64,000 nucleotides of DNA from an uncultured delta proteobacterium (GCA_963775185.1 CAVZIE010000032.1:502705-566704); one strand, 5' to 3'. Shown: positions 19,638-30,126, counted from the first letter of the stretch. A program made the numbers and translations. Notes: generated by a model not told the origin, from the sequence alone.

Positions 19638-21978
19638 CTACTCCGCGGCGACTTCCTTCTTCGCGCGCACGGCGCGCAGCGCGCGCAGCACCTTGCCCGC
19701 CGTGAACGGCAGCTCGGTGAGTCGAATACCGACCGCGTCGAAGATCGCGTTGCTCACCGCCGGCAAGACCGGATGCAGCGGGCCTTCGCCGGCCTCCTTC
19801 GCACCGTACGGGCCCTCGGGATCGATGCTCTCGACGATCTCCGAGTGGATCTCGGGGGTGTCGAGCGTGGTCGGCAAGCGGTAGTCCAGGAGCGACGGGC
19901 CGATGTGGAGGCCGCGTTTGTCGACGGCGTGCTCTTCCAGCACGATCTCGCCGGCGCCCATGTAGACGCTGCCCTGGATCTGGCCGTGTACCAGCACCGG
20001 GTTGATCGCGCGGCCGCAGTCGTGGGCGACCCAGACGTGCTTGATGTCGATGACGCCGGTCTCCGCGTCGACCTCGACCTCCGCGATGTGGGCGGTGAAC
20101 GAATAAGCCGGCGACGCGCCGATGGCGCCGCCGCGGTAGCCTTGGCCGAGAGCCGGCGTGTTGTACGCGCCGGTCGAGCCCAGCGTGTCGAAGCGCTCCT
20201 CGGCGATCCGGAACGCGTCGCGGGTGATCATGCGACGCTCGCCGCCGATCTCGATGGCTTCGCCCCCGTGGAGCACGACCTTGTCCTCCGGCACATCCCA
20301 CGCCTCGGCGACGGCCTTGACGACGATGCGGCGCAGCTTGCGCGCGGCGTCGATGGTGGCGTTGCCGACCATGAACGTGACGCGGCTCGAGTACGCCCCG
20401 AGAATCGACCGGGCACAAGTCCGTGTCCGCTGCGACGACGCGCACGTCCTCGGGCAGCATGCCCAGCTCCTCCGCCACGATCACGCGCACGACCGTGCTC
20501 GACCCCTGGCCGATGTCGTTGCCGCCGGTGAACGCCGTCACCAGGCCGGACCGGTCGACCTTCAGCTGGATGCCGGCTTGCGGCATCTTGTTCGGGTAGA
20601 TCGGGTAGTTCGTGCCGGAGATGTACATCGAGCCCGCGACGCCGATGCCGCGACCGAACGGCAGCTTGCCGTGGCGCTTCTTCCAGTCGCTCGAGCGCTC
20701 GACCGCTTCCAGACACTCCATGAAGCCACTCGAGGTGATGCGCTGGTCGTTGACCGTGCGGGTGTACGCGCCCTGGTAGTTCTTGCGGCGGATCTCGATG
20801 GGATCCATGCCGAGCTTCTCGGCGATCTGGTCGAGCTGGATCTCGAAGGCGAAGCGCGGCTGTACCGATCCGTGACCGCGCTTCGGCCCGCACGGCGGCT
20901 TGTTCGTGAAGACCCGCGTCGAGTCGAAGCGGTAGGTCGGAAAGTCGTAGGGTCCCGTGAGCAGCTGGCCGGCGTAGTAGGTCGTCACCAGGCCGTAGGA
21001 GCTGTACGCGCCGCCGTCGATGACGATGCGCGCGTCCACGCCCGTCAGCCGCCCGTCCCGGGTCGCGCCGCTCTTGTAGCGCATCTTCATCGGGTGCCGG
21101 CCGCGGTGCGCGTAGAAGATCTCCTCGCGCGTCCACAGCATCTTCACCGGGCGCCCCGTCAGCATCGCGAGCTTCGCGACGCAGAACTCGAGCGCGAACG
21201 GATCGGATTTTCCGCCGAACGCGCCGCCGAGCGTGGGCTGGATCACGCGCACGCGCGACTCCGGCAGCTCCAGCACGCGGGCGAGCGCGCGGTGCACGTA
21301 GTGCGTGATCTGCGTCGAGGACCACACCGTGAGCACGCCGTCCGCGCCGTACTGCGCGACGGCGCAGTGAGGCTCCATCGCCGCGTGGGTCGTGCCGTGG
21401 AACGAGTACTCGCCCTCCACCACGACGTCGGCGCCGTCGATCGCGGCGTCGACCTCGCCGAACTCCAGGTGCACGTGCTTCGAGATGTTACCGTGCTTGC
21501 CGTTCTCGGGGATTGCCGGTTCGGCGCGGGACAAGGCCTCGTCCGGGTCGAGATGGGCCTCGAGGATCGCGTATTCGACCTGGATCAGCTCCAGCGCGTC
21601 GATGGCCGTGTCCTCGTCGAGGGCCGCGATCGCGGCGACGGGCTCGCCGACGTAGCGCACCTTGTCCACGGCGAGCGCCGTCTCGTCCTCGGTCCAGGGC
21701 AGGATGCCGAATTTTATCGGCAGATCGGTGCCGACGATGATCGCGAGCACCCCGGGCAGCGCGCGGGCGCGGCTGGTGTCGATGGACTTGATGATCGCGT
21801 GCGGATGCGGGCTGCGCAGCAGCTTCGAGTGCAGCATGCCCGGCAGCTGGATGTCGTCGGTGTAGATCGCCGTGCCGGTCGCCTTGCCGAGGCCGTCGAC
21901 CTTGCGCTGCGCCTTGCCAACGACCGTGAAGTCCTTGCCCCAGGGCGCGCCGGGCCCGTGCTGGTCACGCGCTGCCAT
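19638..21978 (-). CDS. xanthine dehydrogenase family molybdopterin-binding subunit, apparent frameshift near 20395
   Basis: N-terminal 530 aa of ORF 19594..22092 (MAARDQHG...DTDLCPVDS) continue in ORF 19638..20372 (SRVTFMVGNATIDAARKL...). GGGAGG RBS; the start overlaps the small-subunit stop (TGATG). Confidence 0.8.
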
Positions 21979-22565
21979 CAGATCCTCCCTGATGGGGGGC
22001 CTTGGCCCCCCGCAGCTTGCTTCGCAACTGCTCCCCCCGCCGCCTGCGTCGGGCTCGCTTTGCTCGCGGTCGTCGATACTTCCGGGTGGCACAGCTGCGC
22101 GACCAACTCGACCGCTTCGATGATCTGCGTGTAGCCCGTGCAGCGACAGAGGTTGCCGGCGAGCGCTTCCTTGATCTGGTCACGCGTCGGGGAGGGGTGT
22201 TTCCGGAGCAGCGCCTTCGTGCTCAGCATCATGCCGGGCTGGCAGAAGCCGCACTGGAGCGCGCCGGTGCGTTCGAACGCGTCCTGGATCGGGTCGGCAC
22301 CGGACCCCCCGATACCGCGATGCGCCGGCATCAAACCCTCGATGGTGGTCACCTCGTGGCCCTCGGCGAGCGCGGCGAGGGTCAGACAGCTCATCACCGG
22401 CTCGCCGTCGAGCAGCACGGTGCACGCACCGCAGTCGCCCTTGTCGCAGCCTTGCTTCGAGCCGGTCAGGCCGAGCTTGTAGCGAAGCACCTCGAGCAAC
22501 GTGAAGTGATCCGGGGCGGCGACCTCGAGGGGATCGCCGTTGACTCGCAGGGACAGGATGCGCAC
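21978..22565 (-). CDS. xanthine dehydrogenase family [2Fe-2S] small subunit
   Basis: Both 2Fe-2S motifs present (CDKGDCGACTV; CGFCQPG...CRCTGY). The 3' end reads in frame through the copy of the roughly 65-bp repeat element. Confidence 0.8.
   Translation of the reverse strand: MRILSLRVNGDPLEVAAPDHFTLLEVLRYKLGLTGSKQGCDKGDCGACTVLLDGEPVMSCLTLAALAEGHEVTTIEGLMPAHRGIGGSGADPIQDAFERTGALQCGFCQPGMMLSTKALLRKHPSPTRDQIKEALAGNLCRCTGYTQIIEAVELVAQLCHPEVSTTASKASPTQAAGGAVAKQAAGGQGPPSGRI
21994..22060 (+). repeat. roughly 65-bp structured repeat element, copy A (GGGGGGCCTTGGCCCCCC hairpin + GCAGCTTGCTTCGCAACTGCTCCCCCCGCCGCCTGCG.CGGGCTCGCT)
   Basis: Near-identical to 45063..45128. The perfect 8-bp stem differs from copy B by a compensatory base pair. 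Lies inside the 3' end of the 2Fe-2S subunit ORF. Confidence 0.65.
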
Positions 22566-22685
22566 GACCCCGACTATCCCGCACCTTGCGGGCAGAGCCA
22601 CCAGGAATGTCCCGTAGCGTCGCGACGCGCTGCGGCATGATTGGCGGCAGCGGGCGCCGGCTCGGCCGCGTGGTAGATTCAGCGG

Positions 22686-23987
22686 ATGAAGCGGGGCTTT
22701 CTTCTGGGTATCGCAGCTCTCGGGGTGGCGGTCGGGTGCGGCGGAACGAGCTTCGACGCGTCCAATCCCGACGGCGGCAAGGACGGGAGCGCGGCGAGCT
22801 CGGGCAGCGGCGGTAGTGGCGGCGGCGCCAGCGGCACGGGCGGCAGCTCGGGGACCGGCGCGAGCGGCGGCAGCTCGGGCGCTGGGGGCTCGGGCGGCAC
22901 CGCCGCGACCGGTGGCAGCGGCGGAACGTCGGGCAGCGGCGGAACGTCGGGCAGTGGCGGAACCGGCGGAACGTCGGGCAGCGGCGGAACGGCGGGCAGT
23001 GGCGGAACCGGCGGAACGTCGGGCAGCGGCGGAACGGCGGGCAGTGGCGGAACCGGTGGAACGTCGGGCAGCGGCGGAACGTCGGGCAGCGGCGGAGCGT
23101 CGGGCAGCGGCGGCAGCGGCGGAACCGGTGGAACGGCGGGCAGCGGCGGAACGGCGGGCAGCGGCGGAACCGGCGGAACGGCGGGCAGCGGCGGAGCGGC
23201 GGGCAGCGGCGGAACCGGCGGAACGGCGGGCGCCGCCGGCGCCGGCGGCGGCTGTAACTCGACCACGTGCCCGTTCACGTGCTGCAACGACAAGTGCGTC
23301 AACACGGACAACGACATCTACAACTGCGGCGGCTGCGGAACGAAGTGCACAGGCGCGTTTCCCTACTGCAACAACGGGCACTGCGGCACCGCGCCGTGCA
23401 ACGGCAAGACGTGCTCGAACAACCTGTGCTGCGGCGACACCTGCTGCGACGTCGGCGACATCTGCTGCACGTATACGCAAAACTTCACCATCACGACCTG
23501 CGTCACGCCCACCGCGGGCGGTACCTGTCCGGTTGGTTGCGTCGGCTGCGTGTGCGCGTCCCCGGACACGCCGATCGCGACCCCGTCGGGTGATCGCCCG
23601 ATGGCGTCGCTGCACGAGGGCGATCTCGTCTACAGCGTCGACCGCGGTCGCGTGGTTGCCGTGCCGCTGATCGCCACGCGCTCGGTGCCGACCCACAACC
23701 ACTTCGTGATGCGCGTCGAGCTCGAGACCGGCGCGGTGCTCGAGATCAGCGCCGAGCACCCGACCACCGACGGCCGTATGTTCGGTGAGCTTGCGCGCGG
23801 GCAACTGCTCGACGGCGTGCGCATCACCGACGTCCGCCCAGAGCCGTACAAGCACGACGCGACGTACGACATCCTGCCCAACTCGGACACCGGCGCGTAC
23901 TTCGCCGGCGGCGTGCTCATCGGCAGTACGATGACGACCACCGGCAAGCGTGTGACCGCGCCAACCGCGCCGATCTCGCGCGAGTAG
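22686..23987 (+). CDS. lipoprotein with Gly/Ser/Thr linker, Cys-rich module and C-terminal Hint (intein-like) domain
   Basis: Lipobox LGVAVGC and about 190 aa of GSGGTGGT tandem repeats. Hint N-terminal motif C-V-C-A-S-P-D-T-P-I-A-T-P-S-G...GDLVYS. Confidence 0.6.
   Translation: MKRGFLLGIAALGVAVGCGGTSFDASNPDGGKDGSAASSGSGGSGGGASGTGGSSGTGASGGSSGAGGSGGTAATGGSGGTSGSGGTSGSGGTGGTSGSGGTAGSGGTGGTSGSGGTAGSGGTGGTSGSGGTSGSGGASGSGGSGGTGGTAGSGGTAGSGGTGGTAGSGGAAGSGGTGGTAGAAGAGGGCNSTTCPFTCCNDKCVNTDNDIYNCGGCGTKCTGAFPYCNNGHCGTAPCNGKTCSNNLCCGDTCCDVGDICCTYTQNFTITTCVTPTAGGTCPVGCVGCVCASPDTPIATPSGDRPMASLHEGDLVYSVDRGRVVAVPLIATRSVPTHNHFVMRVELETGAVLEISAEHPTTDGRMFGELARGQLLDGVRITDVRPEPYKHDATYDILPNSDTGAYFAGGVLIGSTMTTTGKRVTAPTAPISRE
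22800..23230 (+). repeat. coding tandem repeat (roughly 45-bp units encoding GGTSGSGGTAGSGGT)
   Basis: Near-perfect nucleotide-level repeats within the Hint-domain lipoprotein linker. Confidence 0.6.
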
Positions 23988-23993
23988 CGCGGG

Positions 23994-26900
23994 TCAGCGC
24001 CCGAGGCGGAGCGGACCGGTCCCGGGCTCGAGCGGGAGCCGGATGGTGAACGTCGTGCCGCGCCCCGGCGTGCTCTCCACCGACAGCTCGCCCCGGTGCT
24101 CGTCGACGATGCGTTTGACCACAGCGAGCCCGAGACCGGTTCCCGTGGCCTTGGTCGTGAAGAACGGCTCGAAGATCCGCGCGAGGTTCTCGTCGCTGAT
24201 GCCGCATCCCGTGTCGCCGACATCGATGCGCGCCGTGAAGCGCTCGCGCGTCGCACGCAGCGTCAGCGTGCCCTTGCCGGGCATCGACTGCACGGCGTTG
24301 ATCGTCATGTTGAGGATGGCCTGACGCAGGAGTCCGACGTCGACGGGCACCGGGGGCAGCGCTCGATCGATCTCGCGATCGAGCGCGATCCGATCCGCGA
24401 CGTCGGCGAGGGCGGAGGCGGCGACGTCGTCCAGCAGCCTGTCGAGCAGCTCGGGGCGGATCTCCGGAACGGTGGGGCGTGCAAAGCTGAGAAGGTCGCT
24501 CACGATCCGGTTCAGCCGCTCCGACTCCTCGCCCATGATGTCGACCAGCATCTTGGCGTCGCCTTCGAGACGCAGCAGCCTGCGCAGCGACCCGAGCGAG
24601 TTGAAGATCACGCCGAGCGGGTTGCGGACCTCGTGGGCGACGACCGCCGCCAGCTCGCCCAGCGCGGCCAGACGTTCGCGCTGGACCAGCCGCGCCTGGG
24701 CGCGCGCCAACTTCTCGTAGCTGTGCTGCAAGTCCTCGTAGAGCCGGGCGTTCTCGACGGCGATCGCGAGCTGGTTGGCGATCGCCGCGACGCGCGCTAC
24801 CTCGCTGGGCGAGAAACGCCGCGGCGACAGCGGCTCGACGATCACCGCGACGCCGATGGCTCGCTCGCGCACGACCAGCGGCACCGCCAGGTAGCCGCGA
24901 CCCTGGAACCTCGAGCGCAGATCCGGGTTGACCAGCGGGTTGCCCAGCGCATCTTCGACGGTGATCGGCTCGCGGGCATGGAATGTCCGCGCGGCCAGCG
25001 ACGAGGTCGCCGGCGCGAGCGGCAGCACTGTTCCCACCGCGTCGCGATCCGCGGCCGCGGCACGGATCACCAGGTTGTCGCCGGCTTGGTCGAGCAACAA
25101 CAGGTGCGCCTGCGGCGCGCTCACGATGCGCGCCAGGTTCTCCACGCCCGCGTCGAGCACGTCCTCGAGCTCGAGCGTCGCCACCAGCGATCGCCCCACG
25201 TCGTGGACGATGGATATCTCCTCGATGCGGCGGCGGGCCTCGGCGTAGAGCTGCGCGTTCTCCAGCGCCATCGCGACGTGCCTCGCCAACGTGAGCGCGA
25301 GCAGCGCCTCGTCGTCGCCGAACGCGCGGCCCGCGCGGTCGGCGATCACGACCACGCCGAGCACCGCGGTGCGGGACTCGAGGGGAACCAGCAGCACGGC
25401 GCTCGGTTCCGCGCTCGGCGCGTCGGCGAGCTTCCAGCCCGGCTCCCGGGTCACGTCCAGCGACGTGACGGGCTTCCGCCCGTGGATGGTGCGCCCCAGG
25501 ATGTCCTGCTCATCCACGGCGAACTGCCGCGATTTCACGCGGCGGGCGCCGGGTCCGTGGGCGGCCACGCCGCGGACGTGGTGGTTCGAGTCTTCGAGCA
25601 GATACGCCGAGACCGACGGCGCGGCGAACGCGTGGGCGAGCTCCTCGCAGGCGGCGGTCAAGAGCGCCTCGGGGTCGCCCTGTGCGGTCCCGAGCACGCG
25701 CGACGACAGCGCGCTCACCGCCTCGAGGTCGGCAACACGGCGCCTCAAGCTCTCGAACAGGCGCGCGTTCTCGATCGCCGCAGCGAAGTGCGCGCCCACG
25801 GCGCCGACGACCTCGATCTCTCGCGGCGAGAACGAACGGTCCACGCGGTAGGCGGCGTTCAGCACGCCGATGACGGTGGACCGGACCATCAGCGGCACCG
25901 ACGCGACGACGGCCTGCCCCATCCGCTCGAGCAGCGCGGCGCGGTCCGGCGGGTCGTCGGCGGCGCGCAGCACGCGTGCGGTGCCGGACGCGATTACCTT
26001 GCCAAGGTGCGTCCCTTCCAACGGCACGCGCGCTAGATCCGGCGAGACGTCCGCAGGGCCGCCGTGCAGATGCATCAGCTGCGCCTCGCGAACTCCCGGG
26101 TCGACGAGGTAGATGGCGACCGCATCGCAACCGATTGCCTCGGCGCTCTCGCGCGTCGCCCGCGCCAGCAGCTCCTGAAGATTGGCCGACGTGCCGGCCG
26201 CGACGGCGAAGCGATTCAGGGCCGCGAGCTCGTCGTTGCGGCGCGACAGATCGCGGATCGCGCGGGCCGCGTCGAGCGCCGCCGAGAACCTGGGCGCCGA
26301 ACAGGCGGAAAGCGGGGAGATCGGCGGGTTGGAACCAGTTACCGAGAAGCATCAGGATCTGGAACGGGTTCGAGGCCACGTCGACCCGCAGCACGATCGC
26401 GCGCCGGAGCTGCTCGCGAACCTGGAGCGCCTGTGCGACGTCCGCGTGCACCTCGCCCAGGAACCGCGCGACGCCTGGGAGCGCGTCATCGACGTAGGCC
26501 GCTCCGTCGCGCAAGGCTGCATTGCCGGCTTGGCCGCGCGGTCCGATCATGCCCACCACGTCCAGGCCTGTGCTCGCCTCGAACTCGTGGGCCAGCGTGC
26601 CGGGAAACCGCAGCTCGCGCACTCTCACGCGCTCGCCCTCGAGCGAGAAGCGCAGCACCGACAAGCCGATCTCGGCGAGGCCATCGACGACCGCGCGGAA
26701 GACGGCGGCGTCGCTGCGCTCGCTCTGCACGGAAGCACCGAGCCTGGCAAGCTTCGCCAGGTTGTCTTGCCGTGCGGCGCGGTCGGTGAGGTCGTGCAAT
26801 TGCAGCACCGTGTCCGCGCCCATCTGGGCCACGAAGATCCCGGCGATGCGGCGCGCGCCGTCGGCGCGGATGATGTTCAGCTCGTACGCGTCCGGAACCG

Positions 26901-27177
26901 GCTCGCCGCGCAGCCGCTTGACGTGACGCTCGCGGATGCGCTCGCGATCTTCCGGTGCCACGGGCTCGAAGAAGCTCATGCCAATCAGCGCTTCGCGCGA
27001 CCAGCCCAGGAACTCGACGAACGCCTTGTTGACATAGACGTAGCGGCCGTCGCGGATGGTCGCGGTGGGCAGCGGCGACGACTCGAGCCAGTCCGCGGGG
27101 GCGGCCGCGCCTTCGGCGGCCGGAGTACATACGACATCCGGCCCCGGCCTCGGTGGCGGCGGGGAAGGCGAGCCCAC
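23994..27177 (-). CDS. PAS/multi-GAF sensor histidine kinase, apparent frameshift near 26270
   Basis: HisKA (AHEVRNP) and HATPase_c (GTGLGLAVV) follow three GAF domains in ORF 23994..26075. That frame stays open to about 26351 and encodes a further GAF domain. An N-terminal PAS domain lies in ORF 25510..27177. Confidence 0.75.
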
Positions 27178-27215
27178 CAGGACATGCTACGCCAGGGTCG
27201 AGTCCGGCGAAACCG

Positions 27216-27710
27216 CTACCGGTCGCCGTCGAGCGGCGCGAGACGGGCATAACGGCTGCGCCAGTAGACGAGCGGCTCGCCCTCCAGCGCCTCGGCGGCA
27301 AGCACGCGTCCGATGAAGATATCGTGATCGCCGCCGCGGAAGATATCGAGTACCTCGCACTCCGCCCAGGCGAGGGTGCCGGGCAGGAGCGGACAGCCCG
27401 TGTCCGGGCCGGGCTCCCATTTGACGCCCGTGAACTTGTCGTCGAGCGTGCTCGAGAAATGCGCCGACCAGTGCTGCTGTTCGACGCTCAGGATGTTGAC
27501 GGCGAACTTGCGACCGAGCGCCATCGGCCTGTGCGCGCGGGACGCCTTGTCCACGCACACCAGGCACAGCGGCGGATCGATGGAGACGCTGGTGAAGGCC
27601 GTGGCCGTGAGCGCGTGGGGCGAGCCGTCCGGATCAAGCGTGGTGACGACCGTCACGCTTGCCGCGAACGAGCCCATCACGCGGCGGAAATCGCGCTTCT
27701 CGATGCTCAC
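27216..27710 (-). CDS. flavin reductase domain protein (paralogue of 13857..14354)
   Basis: About 70% identical to the first flavin reductase (VMGSFAASVTVVTT...); GTG start. Confidence 0.75.
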   Translation of the reverse strand: MSIEKRDFRRVMGSFAASVTVVTTLDPDGSPHALTATAFTSVSIDPPLCLVCVDKASRAHRPMALGRKFAVNILSVEQQHWSAHFSSTLDDKFTGVKWEPGPDTGCPLLPGTLAWAECEVLDIFRGGDHDIFIGRVLAAEALEGEPLVYWRSRYARLAPLDGDR

Positions 27711-27741
27711 GGCGCTAGCGTAACAGAGCCTGGCGCACGGG

Positions 27742-28503
27742 TCAGCGCCCCTTCCAGACCGGCGCCCGCTTCTCGATGAACGCCAGCGGACCTTCGCGGA
27801 AGTCCTCCGTCTGGGCGAGGCGCATGAACGCGCCGAACGTCTCCTGCCAGAGCGTCTCGTCGGTGTCGGTCCAGGCGCGGCGGACAATGTGCGCCGTCTC
27901 GCGCACGGCGAGCGGCGCGTTCGCCGCGACGCGCTCCGCCAACGCGATGGCGGCGTCCAGGGCTTGCCCGGCGTCGACCAGCACGTTGACCAGCCCGAGC
28001 GCGTGAGCGCGCCCGGCGTCGAGCGCATCGCCGGTCAAGGCGAGCTCCATCGCGACGTTGCGCGGGATCATCCGTGGCAACCGATGCAGCCCCCCCGCGG
28101 CGGCGATCAGTGATCGCTTCACCTCCGGCAGCCCGAAGCGCGCCGCGCGCGACGCCACGATCAGGTCGCAGGCGAGGGCGATCTCGCAGCCGCCGGCCAG
28201 CGCCGGACCGTCCACGGCGGCGATCAACGGCTTGTCGAGCAAGCGTTGCACGATGCCGCCGAAGCCCCCGCGCTCCGTGGTCAACGCCGCGCCCTCTCCG
28301 GCGGCCACGGCTTTCAGATCCGCACCAGCGCAGAACACCGGACCGTTGCCGGCGATCACGCCGAGCCACAGCTCCGGATCGGCGTCGAGGCGGTCGAGCG
28401 CCGCCTCCATGCCCTGGGCGACCGCGGCGTTCACCGCGTTGCGCGCGTCCGGGCGGTTGATGGTCAGAACGGCGACGTGTCCGCGGATCTCGAAATCGAT
28501 CAT
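27742..28503 (-). CDS. enoyl-CoA hydratase/isomerase (crotonase family)
   Basis: Crotonase oxyanion-hole motifs (GVIAGNGPVFCAGADL; DGPALAGGCEIALACD). Confidence 0.85.
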   Translation of the reverse strand: MIDFEIRGHVAVLTINRPDARNAVNAAVAQGMEAALDRLDADPELWLGVIAGNGPVFCAGADLKAVAAGEGAALTTERGGFGGIVQRLLDKPLIAAVDGPALAGGCEIALACDLIVASRAARFGLPEVKRSLIAAAGGLHRLPRMIPRNVAMELALTGDALDAGRAHALGLVNVLVDAGQALDAAIALAERVAANAPLAVRETAHIVRRAWTDTDETLWQETFGAFMRLAQTEDFREGPLAFIEKRAPVWKGR

Positions 28504-28518
28504 GGGCCGACTATAGGT

Positions 28519-28540
28519 TTTGTCGGTCCGGCGCGGAACC
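28519..28540 (-). repeat. 21-bp GC-rich element copy (ttgtcggtccggcgcggaacc)
   Basis: 5' UTR of the enoyl-CoA hydratase gene. Confidence 0.65.
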
Positions 28541-28628
28541 GTCGCTGTGGTTCTGTTCGTGCGCACGGCAACGCCTCCGCCTCGGGCTGTCCGCCAAGAC
28601 CCGATACCGCGCCGCACCGGCATCCCTC

Positions 28629-30071
28629 TCACCGCTTCACGAGCGCGAGCCCGATGCCGTCGCCCTCGCCCCAGCCCCCGGAGGTGCGCATCCAGCCGGC
28701 GACCGCCGTGTGGGCGTCGATGGGGGCGAGGCGATAGCCCGTCACATTGCCGGGATTGTCGACGAACGGATCGGACGATTGCACGCCGCCGCTCGCGTCG
28801 AGGCGCTCGGCGGTGAGACCGTTCGCGAGGTACACGCCGCCGGTGCCGCTGCCGAGCAACACCAGGCTGCCGGTCCCGCTCGCGAGCACCGGCGCCGGGT
28901 TGTAGTCGGTCAGGGAGAGCGTGGTCACGTCGCTCGCTGCGGCGTGGGCATCGATGAACGCGTGCTTGACGACTGCCGCGTTCGTGAAGTCCGCCCACGT
29001 GACCCGTCCGCGCGTGCCGTCCCAGGCGAGCTGCGGATACTCCGTCGCGGCACTGCCCGGCTGCGTCACGCACGTCAGCCGGCCGTCGATCTCGATGCGC
29101 GCTACGCGCACGCCGCCGCTGGCACCGGGACCGACGAGCCGCTTGGCGAGCAGGAACGCGTCGCCGACGAACACAGCGTCGTACGGCGTAGATGTGTATG
29201 TGTCGTCGAACACCTTGGTGGTCCACAGCACGCTACCGTCGACGTCGAGGAGCGCGGCCCACTGCGCCTCGCCAATCTCGAAGCCGAGCAGCGGGCCGGC
29301 GCCGGGGCGCGACGCGAAGCGCGGGTTGTGGGCGCCGGCGAGGCGATATCCGTTCAAGTTGCCGCCTACATCGAACAAATCGATGCCGTCGGTGTTGTCG
29401 ATGGCAATCAGGAACCCCGACGGCGTTCGACCCAGCTCGACGCCGTGGATCCCGCTTGCTCGCAAGCACCCCGGAGGGATCGTGACGAGCTTGGACGACC
29501 AACCATCGAACCAGAAGACATGGGCGCCGACCCCCGAGCCGCCGGCGCCTTGCAGATAGCTCGCGACGACGATCCGATCGGGTCGCGCGGCAATGGCGAA
29601 GCCCGCGACGCTCACGCCGCCGAAGTGGCGACATGCCTGCACAACGCCGCCCGGCGCACAGTCGTCGCACTCGCTGCGATCGAAGCGACAATCGGTGCAC
29701 GAGAGTGTTCCGTCGGCATAGCCGAGGCTCTGGCACGTCTCGCTACCGGCAGTGTCCTCGCAGTCCTCGGCACCGCCGGCACAGGCGTCGAGGGAGCCGT
29801 TGCCGCACAGGCCCGGGCACGGCGGCTCGAGGGTTGGGACGGGGCAACCCAGCAGGTCGGCTGCAATCGGCTGCACGTTGCCCAGGTCGACAGGCCACGC
29901 CTGCACCGGGCACGGCGCTGCGGCGTCGGTCGAGTCCGCCGGCGCGTCCTCGACCACATCCGCCGGCGCGTCGTGACCAGCGTCGTGGACCTCCGGTGAC
30001 GGTGCAGGCAGCAACTCGCTACGTGCGCCGCATGCGACGACCCCCAGAGACACCGCGATCCAGATCCGCAT
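28629..30071 (-). CDS. hypothetical lipoprotein
   Basis: Signal/lipobox MRIWIAVSLGVVAC with a Cys-rich N-terminal region; no recognised domain. Confidence 0.45.
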   Translation of the reverse strand: MRIWIAVSLGVVACGARSELLPAPSPEVHDAGHDAPADVVEDAPADSTDAAAPCPVQAWPVDLGNVQPIAADLLGCPVPTLEPPCPGLCGNGSLDACAGGAEDCEDTAGSETCQSLGYADGTLSCTDCRFDRSECDDCAPGGVVQACRHFGGVSVAGFAIAARPDRIVVASYLQGAGGSGVGAHVFWFDGWSSKLVTIPPGCLRASGIHGVELGRTPSGFLIAIDNTDGIDLFDVGGNLNGYRLAGAHNPRFASRPGAGPLLGFEIGEAQWAALLDVDGSVLWTTKVFDDTYTSTPYDAVFVGDAFLLAKRLVGPGASGGVRVARIEIDGRLTCVTQPGSAATEYPQLAWDGTRGRVTWADFTNAAVVKHAFIDAHAAASDVTTLSLTDYNPAPVLASGTGSLVLLGSGTGGVYLANGLTAERLDASGGVQSSDPFVDNPGNVTGYRLAPIDAHTAVAGWMRTSGGWGEGDGIGLALVKR

Positions 30072-30098
30072 CGCAGGCCAGCATACCGCGCCGGCTCC

Positions 30099-30126
30099 GG
30101 GACTCGCCCCGGGGCCAGTTCGCGGC
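30099..30126 (+). repeat. 24-bp direct repeat (gccccggggccagttcgcggcRcaKaa), copy 1
   Basis: Second copy at 30964..30991. The pair brackets the small Cys-rich gene and a repeat-dense spacer. Confidence 0.55.

Noticed and set aside
19594-22092. The first Met of ORF 19594..22092 as the start of the Mo-subunit gene
   Set aside because: The first 38 residues would overlap the 2Fe-2S gene terminus. A strong GGGAGG RBS precedes the internal Met (MAARDQHG), which abuts the upstream stop (TGATG).
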